Source: Takakia lepidozioides (Eukaryota; Plantae; Bryophyta). Taken from it: DNA of 64,000 nucleotides. The stretch is taken from contig CM060731.1 in NCBI GenBank assembly GCA_030704615.1, positions 73,656,001 to 73,720,000 of the forward strand, given 5' to 3'. A program made the position numbers and the translations under genes. Positions 24,760 to 38,880 of the stretch are shown here, in pieces. The notes under the pieces were generated by a model. It made no database searches. It saw only the letters and a list, made by a program, of their open reading frames with translations, and was not told the DNA's origin. Each line of letters opens with the position of its first letter. The stretch's first letter is position 1.

Positions 24760-25879
24760 GGCCATTACAAAACCCACTTCAAAATTAATTACTAAGGCTG
24801 AAAATTCACTATTTCTAGAAAATAGACATAAGGTAGGAATTCATCTAAGCTAAAACCCGGATCCGGACCCGGACTTGGCTCCGAAAAAAAACCCGCACCC
24901 GGACTTGGCGGGTTCCTTAAAAAGGCAGAACCCGCACAACATTGGTTTGAACCTGAGATCTAGAGGCTAGGGGCTATGTATTGAAGGCTTAGAGGATTGT
25001 TTGGACCTATTAGGCCAATTCCCTATGGTCCCACATCTTGATAATGGTTTTTGGGCAATGAGAGGGGGTTAGAAAATTATCTAGAGGCCAAGCCATGGAA
25101 TCCGGGTCCGGGTTCGGGTCCGGGTTTGTCAACACGGACTCGGGTTAGGGTCCGGGTAGTTGTTGGGAAATATTAGCGGGTTCACGGGTCCGGATCCGGG
25201 TCCTAATTTATTGATTAAATAAATTAGAGAAATAATATTAATTAGGGATAACATTATTTTTGGCTGGAAAAAACTTTAAATCCTAATAATGAATTTTATT
25301 TTTAGAGACATTCCTTCAAAATATACCATGAATATGAATATGTATACCACGAATAAGAATTAAAATAGAAGTTTGAGTTCCATTTTCTATTTTTCAATAT
25401 CAATTCTTTAAACATGTTAAGAATAGTAATAATCCTCAAGGGTAGATCACTATAGCATGGATGTGTGGGATCTGGCCTAACTATGACGCCTCCTTTGGGA
25501 GGTATAAATTATGGTCCATAGGGCACAACTTTGTGACACCACTATGTGGATTGAACCCACAACCGCTTTTGAGGTGGTATGTGGGCATTATCAATGGGCT
25601 ACAACGTGGTGGGGTTGGCTGCTGCAGTGGCCTATTGCTGCTTGTCCCCTCCACACATATGACAACACCTACCAAATCTAAGGTGGACCCCATATGCCCC
25701 ATCTAAAATTAAGACCCGGACCCTAACCCGCAACATTGGCCCGCGGGTAGCGGGTTTAAGGGGTTCTGGACCCAGCAGGCGGGCCCGGGTTTTTTGTGAT
25801 AGCACGGGTGCGGGTGCGGGTAACCCGGATCCTAACCCGCCGGGTACCCGCCTTCAAAACCCGGACCTGCACAACACTG
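24760..25879. mobile_element. Nested remnants of hAT-like MITEs (ACCCG/CCGGA subterminal repeats)
   Basis: Termini ...CGCACAACATTG (24944) and ...TGCACAACACTG (25879) resemble the TIR of 46810-47668; partner ends are missing. Confidence 0.65.
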
Positions 25880-26562
25880 GTTCAAACCCCCCTAGAGCTA
25901 AAATGACTTGTTAAAATACCAGATGAAAAACTGCATTTATCATCCTACCTTCATCCGTCCTACATCCATTCTGTAGATGAAATATTGCTTATCTCATCCG
26001 CCAATCATCCATCCATGCCTCACCATCCACTATTCCACATTCCTCAAAAAACGCTCCTCACATATGAATAATATATTTTGGTGGATCCGTTGTTGGTTCC
26101 TCCACCTTATCTAAGTGCATTTTAAGGCTGGGTGCAACCGGAAATGACTCATTCTCCCACTTCAAACCCCCTTCTACCCCTCCCAAAAGCTTTGTACTTA
26201 TCGTCCGCTTTTCGTAAGCAAGGTGTCTCGGTGTGAGCCGAGCGGCCGATTTTCGATCTGACCACCAATGACATACCAAAACGAAGGCCTCGAAGACCAA
26301 AAAGTATTTTCCTAGCTAAGACCCCCCCTTAATTTCTTACCCACTGGTCCGGACCATCCTGGTTACCCGCTGGTGGCAACGTAGCGTGGCAGCACGTGGT
26401 AGGGCGGGCCAACGGACCGCTGGTCGCGGCCGCCCGGGTAAAGCGACGGACCGCTAGGTAAAGCCAGAGTACGCTTAGGTGCCCAGCACTGCCTAACCTC
26501 CCTGCGTGGCTGTTGTCGAGCAGCTTGGGGATTGGGGTGGTCAACGCCTCGGATTCCGCTTG

Positions 26563-27180
26563 GCATGTTTTGAACCTATATGGAAGGAGATGGACTGAGG
26601 GATTTGAATTGCTTCCCCATAACAAAAGAGTTTCTCAACACAAAACTCTTCTCTAACAGTGTTTTTGTTCAAAAACCTGCATGCTTTTGAACCAATATGG
26701 AGGCACATGGATTGAGAGATTTGAATTGCTTCGCCATAACAAAAGAGTTTCTCAACACGATACTCTTATCTACAGTGTTTTTGTTCAATAACCTGCACGC
26801 TTTTGAACCAATATGGAGGCACATGGGACACATGGACTGAGGGATTTGAATTGCTTCGCCGTAACGAGTTTCTCAACACGAAACTCTAGTCTGACAATGA
26901 TTGTGTTGAAAAAAACTGCATCATTTTGAACAAATATAGAGGGATATGAACTAGGATTTGAACTTTTTGTCGTGACAAAAGAGTTTCTCAACACGAAACT
27001 CTAGGGTGACAGTGATTTTGTTCAAAAACCTCCATGCTTTTGAAACAATATGGAGGGATATGAACTAAGGGATTTGAAGTCATTTGTCGTAGCACATGAG
27101 TTTCTCAACACGAAACTCTTGTCTGAAAGGGGTTTTGTTCAAAAATTCTGCAACACGAAACTCTTGTCTGAAAGTGTTTT
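26563..27180 (-). repeat. 117-bp satellite array, reverse orientation
   Basis: Repeated GAGTTTCTCAACACGAAACTC...TTTGTTCAAAAA...TTTTGAACCAATATGGAGG. Confidence 0.88.
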
Positions 27181-27619
27181 TGGATTGCGAAACTAACACA
27201 TAAAGAACAAGTAGCCCCTATATCTGATGAACATGTTACCCTATAAGCGTGGTTTTTTCTCATGTTGTGTTCACATGGTACCATGCCCTTTTCATAACAT
27301 GCATAAGAGTGGGCGGTGAGGCTTAACCTTAAATTTAAGATCATCACCCATGGATAATTTCGCTTGGCGAAACTCTGTACTAAAACAACTTGAGAAGAAA
27401 ACACATTGTAGCTGAAATGATAAGTATGTCACTTTTAAAGGCCCTACCCATGTATATTTTTGCAGAGCAAAACTCTCTCCCCTAACAACAAGTACAATTT
27501 CCATATTGAGATATGCATTTGCAGTGCGAAACTCTGATCCCTGAAGAGAGGTTGGGAGCGTGCAGTTAGGATGCTCACAAACATGAAAAAATATGAAAAA
27601 TATTCTTGAGATGCCCAGA

Positions 27620-27944
27620 GAAAATCGCACATGTTTTTGAACAAATACATAGTCAGACAAGAGTTTCGTGTTGAAAAACTCTTTTGTTACGACGAAGCAA
27701 TTCAAATCCCTCAGTTGATATCTCTCAATATTGGTTCAACAGCATGCAAATTTTTGAACAATAACAATGTTAGACATGAGTTTCTTGTTGAAAAACTCTT
27801 TTGTTAGAGGAAAGCAGTTCAATTCCCTCGATTCATATCACTCCATATTGTCTAAAAAACATGCTGGTTTTTGAACAAATAAATTGTCAAACAAGATTTT
27901 CGTGTTGAAATACTCTTTTGTTACGGCCAAATTGTTCAAATCCC
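27620..27944 (+). repeat. 117-bp satellite array (continues at 37541)
   Basis: Three units of GAGTTTC(G/T)TGTTGA..AACTC. Confidence 0.85.
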
Positions 27945-30123
27945 AAAATTGTTAGTTTCGCCAATTCTGTTTCGCAGTGGAAATTTCGTGGAAATTCGGG
28001 GAATATGCCCTTGTGCTCACGTGAGCATGCTCACGCTCTACCTAACCTCTTTTTATGGAAAGAACCACCAGTTCCGGTTAATTGTAAGAACCTTGAAGCA
28101 CTAACTGGCGGGTCTTTGGTAGATCTTTGAGGGTTTTCATGCTGATTGTTTCAAAACTTAAGTAACTGGCGGTTATTATCCTTTGCGGTTCTTAATTTTT
28201 TTCACTACAACAAATGGGGGGGGGGGGGGGGGTTTGCGATGCCAGCCGCGCACCCACGCCCCTTGCGGCGCCGAACGTGCGACGCCGCGGCGCTTTTTTG
28301 CGACGCCCGACCGTCGCAAACAGACCCCGCGGGTCGCCACCTGGCGCCGGGGCCAGGCAGCGACGTCCGGCCGGATAAAATGCAGGAGGCAGCCCTTCCG
28401 TGCGACGCCCAAGTGACGAGCCCTGAGCGCGCGCGGTCAGGGTGACGACATATTAGTCTAGGGGGGTCGTGGTAAGTTGCGGTGTAGGTTGGGCTCACTG
28501 AACCGCCTACCCGACTGCGGTTAGTGCAGGGGGTCCGTGGTCGTACATGATGGCTATGATCACTATCTAAGTCCTACCGGCAAAGAGAAATCACGTACTC
28601 CTCTTCACAGGGCGAGTTTACGTTTCTAAGTCTTACGGTATCCTATAATCTACTCAGTAACTGCCTTCCAAGTCTTTGTGTTTTATTGTCTAATAGTTAC
28701 CTTATATCATAGATCCAGTCTGTTGGCCTTCCTTTTCCAGAGCTGGCTATATTTCAAATTAGTAACCAAAAACACAAAGATTCCTTCTTCAAACAATTCA
28801 AATACAAGAGGCAGTTAGTAACAATTCACTATTTTTTAGGGTTTCGGGCGACCGTGGCCAAGAGAAATTCATTTTGAGGGAATTTTTGGGTCCACAAGAA
28901 TTAGCACCGCCCCCAACCAGCTGGTTGGATGATTTGTGCCACCTACCAACCAAAAAGTGGTTGATTGCCTATTCCATCCAAGGATTTTTGGATGTCATCC
29001 ATTCTTTTTTATAGTTCTTCTAGTATAAGTAGATTAGGAGGTGAGCTTGCTCACCACTTCACTTGTGTTTTTTTGCTTGTTAGTTGCTTGTTAGTTAGTT
29101 GTTTGAAGCTAGCTTGAGAAGCTTGTTTTGTGGTTTGGCAACTAGCTTTGTGGTGAAGTCCTAGATTGCTTGCGGCTTAGAGCTTAGCCTAGATATTTTA
29201 GGCAAGCTTGGAGGAAGCATCTAGTTTGTGCTAGGGAGACTAGGGAGATCCTAGGGCCTAGTGTGTAAGGGCCAAGAGTCATTTTTATGTGAAAAAATAG
29301 AGCATCTTCCCCAAAAAGCAAAGAGGTTTTGTCATTTGAGAGTGTGGTGAGCCCTTGAGGAGTGAAGAGGAGGTGGGAGCAACAAACCCCATAGGAGAGG
29401 TGAGCACTACCCCTTCCCTTCAAGTTTTGGTAGCCTACTTAGCCAAGTGACCCCCTTTGAGTGGATAGAAGAGAGTCTTAGCCTTTGTTCATGTATGTGT
29501 GTTTTTTTTTGCTTATCTCTTGCTTGTCCATTGTTGTTGGAAGCTTATATCTAACCTTAGCTTGGTCTTAGGTACCCAAGGAGTAGTAGGAGCTTGGGAA
29601 AGAGAGGCTAACCCTCCTTAGTGGCCAAGAGGCCTAAGGAGTTGTCATTTTTATCTATGTTTTGTCTTTTGGCTTAAGAGTGGAAAGATCTAACCCTTAG
29701 AGTGCTAACCATGCAGTGAGATCTCTAGGAGGGGTGTGGGTTCTCTTTGTTGTTGGCCACTAGTTTGATGTTCATGTGTGAAGCTAGCTAGGCATGCAAC
29801 GGAAGCTAACCCACTAATATTGGGTAGATGCTTGCATAAAGCTTAGTGGGAAACCTTCTTTTGTTTTGTTATTTCATTTCATTTTGTGTATGTGAGTGTA
29901 GCTTAGTGTGCACTAAGCCCTCTAGACTTGCCATTTATTTGTCTCTTTGTTAAGCATATCACCCGCCCCCCCCATAAAAGAGGAGCAAGGTGGAAAAGCT
30001 AGCAATTTGTGATGTTTTTTTCAAGTTTATTTTGTTGCTGGAAATTTATTTTTCATGCATAACTAATTTACAGATCAAAAATCAAATCTAATATGGCCTC
30101 CCTAGCTTGGTTAAGCTGTGGAG
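27945..30123. mobile_element. Non-coding insertion splitting the satellite, possibly a long solo LTR (continues 37458-37540)
   Basis: Satellite stops at 27944 and resumes at 37541; LTR-like composition; right end ...GGTGCA. No clean TG start or TSD. Confidence 0.35.
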
Positions 30124-30849
30124 CAGGGATGCCTCGGCGTGAGCCTGGTCACGTGAGCGCGTGAGCGCAACTGCGCAACTGCGCTCACGCCATGTCACCT
30201 TGCGCCAATGCCACATCACGGGGCTCACTCCACGTCATCACACTTGAAGACCGCGTCACCACGCGCCCAGGAAGAAGTGGAGTGTATTCCCGCGGATTGG
30301 CACCCTTTACCGCGGAAACAAGCTGGACGACATAATATAGTGGTCATTCCCACCTGAAAGCAACAGATGAATAAAGGATGGATGAATGTACAGTTGGATG
30401 ATAAACAGATGGATGAGTGTGAAAAATGAATGTAGATGGATGAATGAGGGATGGATAAGAGTCAAATGGATGAATGTATAATGGATGTTGAGCAATGAAA
30501 AACATTCATGACAGGAAGATGCATGACTAAAACTTTAGACGAATACAACGTATATGACATGAGTGTGGAAGGTTTGTGGGGTGGATTAAAGAGTACAGAG
30601 GATGAATGTACAATGGATGTTGAACAAAGGAAAACATTCATGAATGGAGCACGCATGAACACACTGTAGATGAAAGCACAATGGATATGACAAGAGTGAG
30701 GGAGGTTTGTGAGATGGATTCATACATATTGCAATTTAAATGGTAGTTGATTCTTTGATTTTTTTTCTTTCCAAAGGAACAACTACGGTGGAGGAAGGGG
30801 ATTCAACGTTTTCCAAAGAAGATGAAACAAAATATTAAAAGAACATAGT

Positions 30850-32502
30850 TCAGTCTGACTCAGAGTCAGTACAATGTATCCCCACTTCCTCTGCATCTAA
30901 GTCTAAGTATTTAAGAACTCCGGATCTACGCTAGCTACACCTACGGACGGACAGTACAAATTCAGGGGATAGGGACTTGGCCGCGTGAAGTGCCATTGCT
31001 TCGGCATAATCAGGAAGCAGAAAATTGGAAAGGAGGCTGTCGAAAACAGACTCGCCACAAATGACTGTATCTCCTAAAGATCCACTGCTGCCTTTCCTGA
31101 AAGACAGCCTGAAAAAGTTATTACTGTAACTTTGATGTTATTGAGAAATTGAGTATGACTCCCAAAGTGGGTTTAGCACTTACTCACATGAAAAGTCGTT
31201 GTCGACCTGCTTATCTTCAGGATCGTCATCATTTTGAATTTGAATCCGATCAGTCTATGTGCCTGAAGTGGAGCCAGACAAAAGGGGGAGGAGCACTGTG
31301 TTATAGAGGTCAGAATCACCCTCCATGCCAAAAAGGCTTCTTCCGCCTGCTTTGCATGCATGGTAAGTTGCTCCTGCACCAGACAGGAGGACATGAACAG
31401 TTTGGTGGGGGGGATTTAAGCAGATGGAACTGGTGAAAGAAAATCAATTCGGAAGGGAGAGAACGAACCTGTGGACACAGAAAGATCGACCACCCGTGCA
31501 GAGTGGTGGCTGCATGACTCCAGCAATATTTGCATGAATGCTGGGGATTTTTTCCTTTGCACCTCTCCATGGAGTGCCATCTGGTCTCTTCAGAGTCTGA
31601 CTGGACTGCATGAAGTTGTACAAAATGTCATCGACATGCGGCTTATAGGGGGAGTTGACGAAACAACCTTGGTCAGAAATCTCAAAGCTGCGGATGGAGG
31701 ATGGTGTCTTTGAGGTGCGAATCCTCCGCAGGCAGATCGCCTCGAACATCCTCGTCTGCCAAAGATAGCAGGTTAGTGTGGTAAACACAATCTATAGTGG
31801 AAGTGTGTACATCGGCTATTCAGAACTCAGACACAAAACAATCATTTTTATCACGAATCGGTGATGATCGGTGTCGATCATGACAGATTCTTCTAGAGTG
31901 GAGCTGCAGAGAACATTGAAACTCATCATGAAAGCACAAGCAGAAGGGAGACGACATACCAGCTGACCAGGGAAACCCCCTTTCACAAGGTAGAGGCTGT
32001 TCACACAATTCCATGTGCGCAAAACTTCAAACCCTGAAGACTTCAGGTATGATGCCGATGCCCGACGACTATCTTTGTCACATGACTGAAAAAGCAGAAG
32101 TGTCCCTGCATCAGAGAGGAAATTATTACAGAACCCGAACACCCAACTCCACTCAATCTCTACGCAGATCTTCAATAATGAAATGTAAGTTAGAGAAAAC
32201 TTACTGGCACCTTCTTAGGTTTTGAAATTGGATCCCCTTCTGCAGCTTTCCTCTTCCCTCTCACATCTACTGGAATTTCTGTCTGCTCTAGGGTTTCTGG
32301 ACGTTCTCCCGGTTCAGCGTTCCTCGTACTTCCACCTCCTTCAGTTTCCCTGTGAGTCATCCACAGGCTGGTTTCCAACGCGCACTGTTATCGCTGACTG
32401 TATCACAGCCGCTGCCTCAGTCTTGGTCTGCTCTTGTGAATCAGTCTCCGTGTTCACCTGCTGCCTTGGCCCTATGTTCTCCATCAAACGACGCCTCGTC
32501 AT
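30850..32502 (-). pseudogene. ParB/MTase-like accessory gene, copy A (exon 1 plus MTase C-terminal exons; ~3.7 kb deleted at ~32150)
   Basis: Matches B 55639-55950 and 59637-60926. Confidence 0.85.
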
Positions 32503-33357
32503 TTGCTCTCTTGCTCTGCGTCTCTCTTTAAGGGAAGTAAAATAAAGAGACTTTCTTCTCTTTCGTATTGTAGAAGGAACCCTCTCCAGCTTGACTACCA
32601 CTCTCCCTCTAAGCGCGAAAAGTAGAAAAATGAAGTGACTCCCGATTTCTTGCGGGATTGCGTGCGTTGTTGCTTGTCTCTAGAAGCATCGGATTCCCTC
32701 TCGCTGACCGTTACACATAGTCGTTCCCTTATTAGTGCACATGCCAGCAATTAGTGTACAACTATTCGTATTCAGTTATCGATGTCTGACGTGTGTCGCC
32801 CAAAATAAACGGCGTGTTCTTTATTAGAACGGTTTCAATATTTAAAAATAACAGCGAATCCCAGAAATCTTCGCGCACAGTCTTAGACAAATATATGTAA
32901 ATGAACGAGAGTTTGATGACAAATTTTGGGATATCATACACGGTCATCCTTGTTAGCCAATCCCACGTTTGTTTCACATTTTGATCTTTCCAGGTACGCA
33001 TGATCATTGGTAGTAGTATAAAGATACATTTACTTAATCTGCAATCCCACCCTCAGATCCTGTGGCATGCTTCCAGGAAGTCGGCTTGTTATTGTGTTTA
33101 TTGATGAGGTTCTGATTAACGGTTTAACAGCTGCCAACATTGCTCCTAGGGATACTCTGACCACTAGGCCCACAAGAAAAGTAATTAAAATGGACGGCTG
33201 CATATCTGGAAGGAATAACAGAACATGCACAGTCGTCGTCTGAGCTTCCTCCGCCATATTCTCTGCTCATTCTTCAACTGTGTTCTGGAGACATCAGTAA
33301 ACCGATTTACACTGAAGGTATGCGATAGCAAGGTATCAACGTACATGAGGAAAGAAG

Positions 33358-36300
33358 ATGACTTCATCTGAAGCGGAGTTCTTCTCTGACGACAAACCAG
33401 TGCCGTTCTCCCAGGAAGTCCTTGACAATGGATTTGCAATTGTTCTGGAACATGTCTTGGCTACCCGTTTTCAGCTTCAGAATGGCTCCATCTTTTTGGA
33501 GAAAGAGGTGTACGATTTGAAAGGGAAGTTGTTGAAATACTCTTTCCAAAACCGTGATGAGACGGCTCATGTCAGCCAGTGGAGTGTGCGCCCTGGTCGA
33601 TACAGAGTACTTGGAGAGCCTCGGCGAAAGTCCCTTGGGTCATATGTGATGCCCGGGACTGCTGCTTCGGTCGTTGAAGACAAGAGGGAGGTGGTGGTGA
33701 AAAAAGAACAGATGTCCTCCACTCCAATCGTTGAGCTTTCGGATTCGTCCGATGATGACATAAGTGAAATTCCAAATCCAGTCCTTCCTACTGTGGTTGG
33801 AGAAATTGATGAAGAAGAGATTTGTAGTGTCATTCCAAAATTACGGGCGATGGGAGGAATGGCTGGATTCAAAAGTGAGTTGCGAGGAATTGATTGGAAA
33901 TCTTTGAAGCAGGTGCCTATGAAGTTCTTGCCAGAGACTTTTGATGGCGATATCCTATTCGAGCTGCCACCTCCTCCGCGAGTTGGAGGTATAACAATCA
34001 TGATGCATGGAATGGACAAGAAACACGACGGGCACCCGTGGTGCAGAACAAAAACATCCAATATTCAGAATGATGACAAGCTTGTTTTCAGGAGAATAGT
34101 TTGCAATGGACACCTTAGGTGTGATAATTTGAATTGCAGACACTTTCTTCAGTCTGGGGTTCATAATCAAGCGAATGGGAGGGTCTGGCGGAAAATCCAT
34201 TTCAGCCTGGGACTGCCCCACCAGCGGCAAACACTTTCGTCTGCAAATTCTACAAACTTGTGTCATCCTGCTTGGCGCTCTGTGGAGCAAGAATGTACTA
34301 TGTTGTCCACCGTTTGAAAACAATGACAAGAGCTTGTGTGCATTTTGGATTCCATAACCATCCTGTCTCGAAGGGGGATTACAGGGAGAGTGTTGAGACA
34401 ATATCGAGGTTGATTAAATAGGAGTTCGGGAGAAACCCATCCGCAACAACATTTGCAATTGTTCTTGGCGCAAGCAAGTCCTTCTTGGAAAGCCATATTT
34501 TGAGTGAAGGGGATTCTGTGGGGACTAAACTTGACGGTGCAGCATTGGACCTGGTCATGGATCATTTCTCCACTTTGAGTTCACCTAACATTCGGCATCA
34601 GATCAATGCATTAAGAATGGGCTCTGGTATCAGAGGTTACATAGACAACATTTTGGAGTTGAAACGAGTGAGCAAGTACGATTACATCCAAGACAATGTA
34701 TTCCCAGGTCAAGGTGCCATCAAAGTTTTTCTTTTCAAAATGTCGACTGTTGGGAAGGGCAGTGGGGTTAGCCGCGTGAAGCGGATGCAGAAGACTGGGG
34801 ACTTGCAGAACTGTTTTCTTATGTTTGATCATGTGAAACGAGTGAAGGATTGGACGACAATGGCTTGTCATGTCTACGATCCAGTGTACCAACGAGTTAT
34901 GACAATTGCAGTTTGTGACATGCAATCCGAGGATACAGAATCCCAGAAGCTCATGTGGAATTCCCTGATACGTGTCATGGGCTGCCATCTCCAAATTTTG
35001 CAGGTTTCATGGCGGATAGTGCTCAAGCAAATTTCAATGCTGTTCGTATTGTCTTCGGATCGGGTGACCCAAAAGTGCCAATGCGAGGAAGAGAGCGTAC
35101 ATGTCTATTCCATTGGACACAATCTCTGGAAAAACATACAAAGTCGGACATCAAACCAGAGATGCAGACTCAGCACCGTAAATTGTGCAAAGAGTACAAA
35201 GATGCTAGAACAATGAAGGAGGCGGACACTTTGTTCCAGACAATTCGTGCCTGGTCGTTCTCTTCTGGAGCTGCATCACTTGAGAGTATGAGAGCATTGG
35301 AAGATTGGCTGGCGTTTTGGCACTTCCGGTATAGACAGTGGGGAGCAGCCATGCCAGTGGTACGAGGCTTATATTTCTTGCTTTATTCATACATTTACTT
35401 TCCATTTTATTGTGTCCTCGCTTTCTTTATGTTGTTTTCTGTTCACTGTTTTGAAGTGTAGTTCAACACTTTGCAGAACATGTCCATTGAGGAAATGGCG
35501 GACATGCCATCTTGCAATTTGGCAGAAACTGTGCACAACGCATGGTTGCAACAGTCTGGGAAACGAGGTCGGGATTTGTATGTGGCAACAATAGATGATT
35601 TGATACGTGCCTTGCAACAACAAACCCAATACCGTGATTTCTTGCGAGGTGGGGTTGGTGGCAAGGGTCCGGACAAATGGGAGTTGATGTTGCGCTGCAA
35701 ACAGATCTGGGGATCCAATCAAGATAGCACGGGCGGTGAGCATGTATGCCCAGGGAACGCCACTTGTTTCTAGAGTTCCACATCTTGAAGGGGAGGAGAG
35801 ATTCGGCTCCTGTAAGAGGAAATTGAACACTCTACCTGGTTCGGATTCCGATTCGTACAGGGCAGACCGTGATAACTTTTTGAAGCCTCGTGTTCCCCTG
35901 CATAACAGCTCCATGTCCGGAACCTCCATTGTGGAGGAACCTCCAACACGACGGCAAGCTCCAGCATCAAACAGTGCCACTGAAATGGTGCAGGAGAGAA
36001 ACAACTCCCTTAATGTGCTTGAGTCTGCATGCCCCGACCACGTTTGGCACATAGAACACACAAGTGTAGGGTCTCGTGTGAAATGTACAGCGATCAGGGC
36101 AACTAATTTCGAGAAGTGCACTTCATCTATATCCAGAGGTGGTGCTCGAACTCCTGCTCCGACTTTCATGGGTTTGATGTGTCCATACGGTCAACCAGAA
36201 GCCAAGAACCACAAGTTCTGGTTCTGCGCAGATGATTGTGCCAGATGTATGCATGGAACTGTGCGTCCTTCCGTAGTGATGAAGCCATCTCCTCCAACCG

Positions 36301-36860
36301 TTTGGCCCATGAAGGTGGGAATACATCTCAGATTTCAGGAGATTGAAATGCTGGAGGAGGCAGGCCTTTCCCTTGCGAGACAACCCCAACTCCATGCATG
36401 TGCTACTACTTCTGCGTCCTCCCGGGTCCCCCCGGCAAATCCTGACTTGCGGCCAACCAAACGAGATGGAAAGCTCGTTCAGCATTTCTCTCCAACCGCT
36501 GAACACTTTGGCAAAGTGGAGTCCGCAAGAATGCTCCAAGCTCGTGTTGGAAGCACCACGGAAGTATCCGATCCAGGATATGGTCGGGTATTCACAATCA
36601 TCACTTCCACATCTGCTGTTCATGACAGGACCTACGACATCACGGTTTCCAATTTCCCCAATTGCACATGTCCTGATTTTGTGAATATACTATCAACCAG
36701 TTTGGGAAAGAGAGGTAAATTCATACCCTGCAAACATTTGTATTTCATATTTTTGAAGAGGATGGTTTGCGATCCCAAACGTGACAACTTCATTCACCAA
36801 GCCACTATGAGTTTCAACGAGGTCGATACTCTATTGCAACGGGATACAACACATGGGTAG
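33358..36860 (+). pseudogene. MULE transposase, copy A (GCM-like DBD, DDE, SWIM); intron 35360-35476; frameshifts and a stop
   Basis: DGHPW..T.N..C.GHL.C....C...G.HNHP; MFDH, FMADSAQ, CLFH, NLAE; SWIM CTCPDF...CKHLYF. Confidence 0.88.
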
Positions 36861-37540
36861 CATCAACTATGCAATGTGGTATGTGGACGACCATGATTTG
36901 AAATGTGTAATTCACATCAATTCGTCGGCGGTGCAATGATATGGCCTCCAACTATACTGAGTGAGCTCTGAGTGACAACTTTTAAAAGCACATTTATCAT
37001 TGCACCGTTCAAAGTCTACATGTCTTGCTGTCGCTATGCACTACAATCATCTTTTGAAGATGATCCTAACTCTCATTGTTATTTGAGGAGGGAGGAAGGT
37101 CTTCCCGTGGCAGCCTCTATGGCGCACACTTTGTGAGGATATTTTTTGGTCCTCGTAATTGTAAAAGTGAAACAAACATTTGTAATTGCACAATGTTGGA
37201 TGCTACAATTGTAGGCCTCATGGTAGTCTTGATTCTATTTAGGCAAGATTCCCTGCATTAATTCCACGGTCATAGGACCATCCTCGGTTATAGGCGGCGC
37301 ATGTTAATGCTGACGTGGCAGATGACGGACAGTGCCATGTCATCATTTGCTGCCACATCAGCATGCTGACATGACGCTCACGCCACGTCAGCTGGCGTGA
37401 GCGTACGCTCGCGCGCTCACGCGCAACGCTCACGCCATTACGTCGTTGGCTATGGAGGACCATAGCAAACCCTTGGGAAGGTTAGGGTAGCCCCTTTTGG
37501 GGTTAGCTTGGGGTTTATTTCTTTGTTTTTCTTAGGTGCA

Positions 37541-38880
37541 ATCCGTATTGGTTCAAAAGCATGCTAGTTTTTTAACAAAAACACTGTTAGAGAAGAGTTT
37601 CGTGTTGAGAAACTCTTATGTGCCTCCATAGTGGTTCAAAAGTATGCAGGTTTTTGAACAAAATCACTGTCAAAGAATAGTTTCGTGTTGAGAAACTCTT
37701 TTGTTATGGCGAAGCAATTCAAATCCCTCAGTCCATGTGTTTCCATATTGGTTCAAAAGCATGCAGATTTTGAACAAAAACACTGTCAGAGAAGAATTTC
37801 GTGTTGAGAAACTTTTGTGTAGGCGAATATTAAGTTCATATCCCTCAGTCGATATCCCTCCATATGGTTCAAAAGCATGCAAGTTTTTGAACAAAAACAC
37901 TCTTAGAGAAGAGTTTCGTATTGAGAAACTCTTTTGTTGTGGCGAAGCAATTCAAATTTCTTAGTCCATGTTCTTCCATACTGTTTCAAAAGCATGGAGG
38001 TTTTTGAACAAAAACACTGTCACCCTAGAGTTTCGTGTTGAGAAACTCTTTTGTCACGACAAAGAGTTCATATCCCTCAGTTCATATCCCTCCAAATTTG
38101 TTCAAAATGATGTAGTTTTTTTCAACACAATCAATGTCAGACTAGAGTTTCGTATTGAGAAACTCTTTTGTTATGGTGAAGCAATTTAAATCCCTCAGTC
38201 CATATCCTCCATATTCAAGGTTCAAAAGCATGCAGGTTTTTGAACAAACACTTTCAGAGAAGAGTTTCGTGTTGAAACTCGTGTGCAGGCGAATAAGTTC
38301 ACATCCCTCAGTTCACATCCCTCCATATTGGTTCAAAAGCATACAGTCTTTGTGCATGCTTTTGAACCAAAACAATGTTAGACAATACTTTCGTATTGAG
38401 AAACTCTTTTGTTAAGGAGAAAGAGTTCAAATCCCTCAGTTAGTATCCATCCTTATTGTTTCAAATGCATGCAGGTTTTTGAACAAAAACATTGTTAGAG
38501 AAGAGTTTTGTGTTGAGAAACTCTTTTGTTACGCCGAATTAGCAGTTTATATCCCTGAGTTCATATCTCTCCATATTGGTTCTAAAGCATGCAGATTCTT
38601 AAACCATAACACCGTCAGACAAGAGTTTCGTGTTAAGAAACCTTTTTTTATGGCAAAGGAGTTCAAATCCCTCAGTTTGTATCCCTCCATATTGTTTCAA
38701 AAGTATGCAAGTTTTTGTACATAACCACAGTCGGATAAGAGTTTCGTGTTGAGAAACTCTTTTGTTACGGTGAAGTATTTCAAATCCTTAAGTTCATATC
38801 CCTCCATATTTGTTCAAAAGCATGTAGTGTTTTGAACAAATTCACTGACAGACAAGAGTTTCGTGTTGAGAAACATTTTT
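37541..38880 (+). repeat. 117-bp satellite array (~11 units)
   Basis: Core CGT(G/A)TTGAGAAAC at 37684, 37800, 37917, 38034, 38151 and onward. Confidence 0.92.

Larger units (their letters stand above)
30124..37448 (+). mobile_element. Mutator-like element, copy A (7325 bp; accessory gene internally deleted)
   Basis: TIRs CAGGGATGCCTCGGCGTGAGC / GCTCACGCCATTACGTCGTTG; 9-bp TSD GCTGTGGAG (30115-23) / GCTATGGAG (37449-57); colinear inverted homolog of copy B. Confidence 0.93.
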
